Assembly (NCBI GenBank): GCA_951406725.2
Contig: OX597815.1
Location: 122,326,001-122,390,000 of the forward strand
Reading direction: 5' to 3'
DNA length: 64,000 bases
DNA from: Octopus vulgaris
Taxonomy: Eukaryota
The notes under the pieces are model-generated. The model was given only the letters and a program-made list of their open reading frames with translations. It made no database searches and had not been told where the DNA came from. Both the position numbers and the translations under genes were made by a program. Positions 1 to 64,000 of this stretch are shown piece by piece (positions within the stretch are counted from its first letter, which is position 1; the number at the start of each line of letters is the position of its first letter).

Positions 1-64000
<64,000 letters not shown>

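Overview
AT-rich eukaryotic genomic DNA, probably a coleoid cephalopod (Octopus-like SINE families and microsatellites; this is inference). The whole window is an internal segment of one giant minus-strand gene encoding a titin/twitchin-type fibronectin type III (FN3) protein. I traced 71 GT-AG exons (2 cut by the window edges), all phase 1-1, giving about 22.8 kb of CDS (about 7,600 aa) and 76 consecutive FN3 domains with no Ig domain. 68 exons carry one complete domain each (294-306 nt); one 1,827-nt exon carries six. The domains fall into three classes in strict B-C-A order (25 trimers). These are organised into an apparent 6-domain period upstream (about 56-64 kb), then seven complete 9-domain super-repeats (SR1-SR7, 55378 down to 236; unit B1 C1 A1 B2 C2 A2 B3 C3 A3). 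The four 3' super-repeats show patchwork homogenisation: some tracts include introns, others cover exons only. Introns hold tRNA-derived SINEs, LINE-tail elements, a non-autonomous Helitron, a 150-bp palindrome and microsatellites. Coordinates were read by eye; x marks the junction-dependent first residue of an exon.
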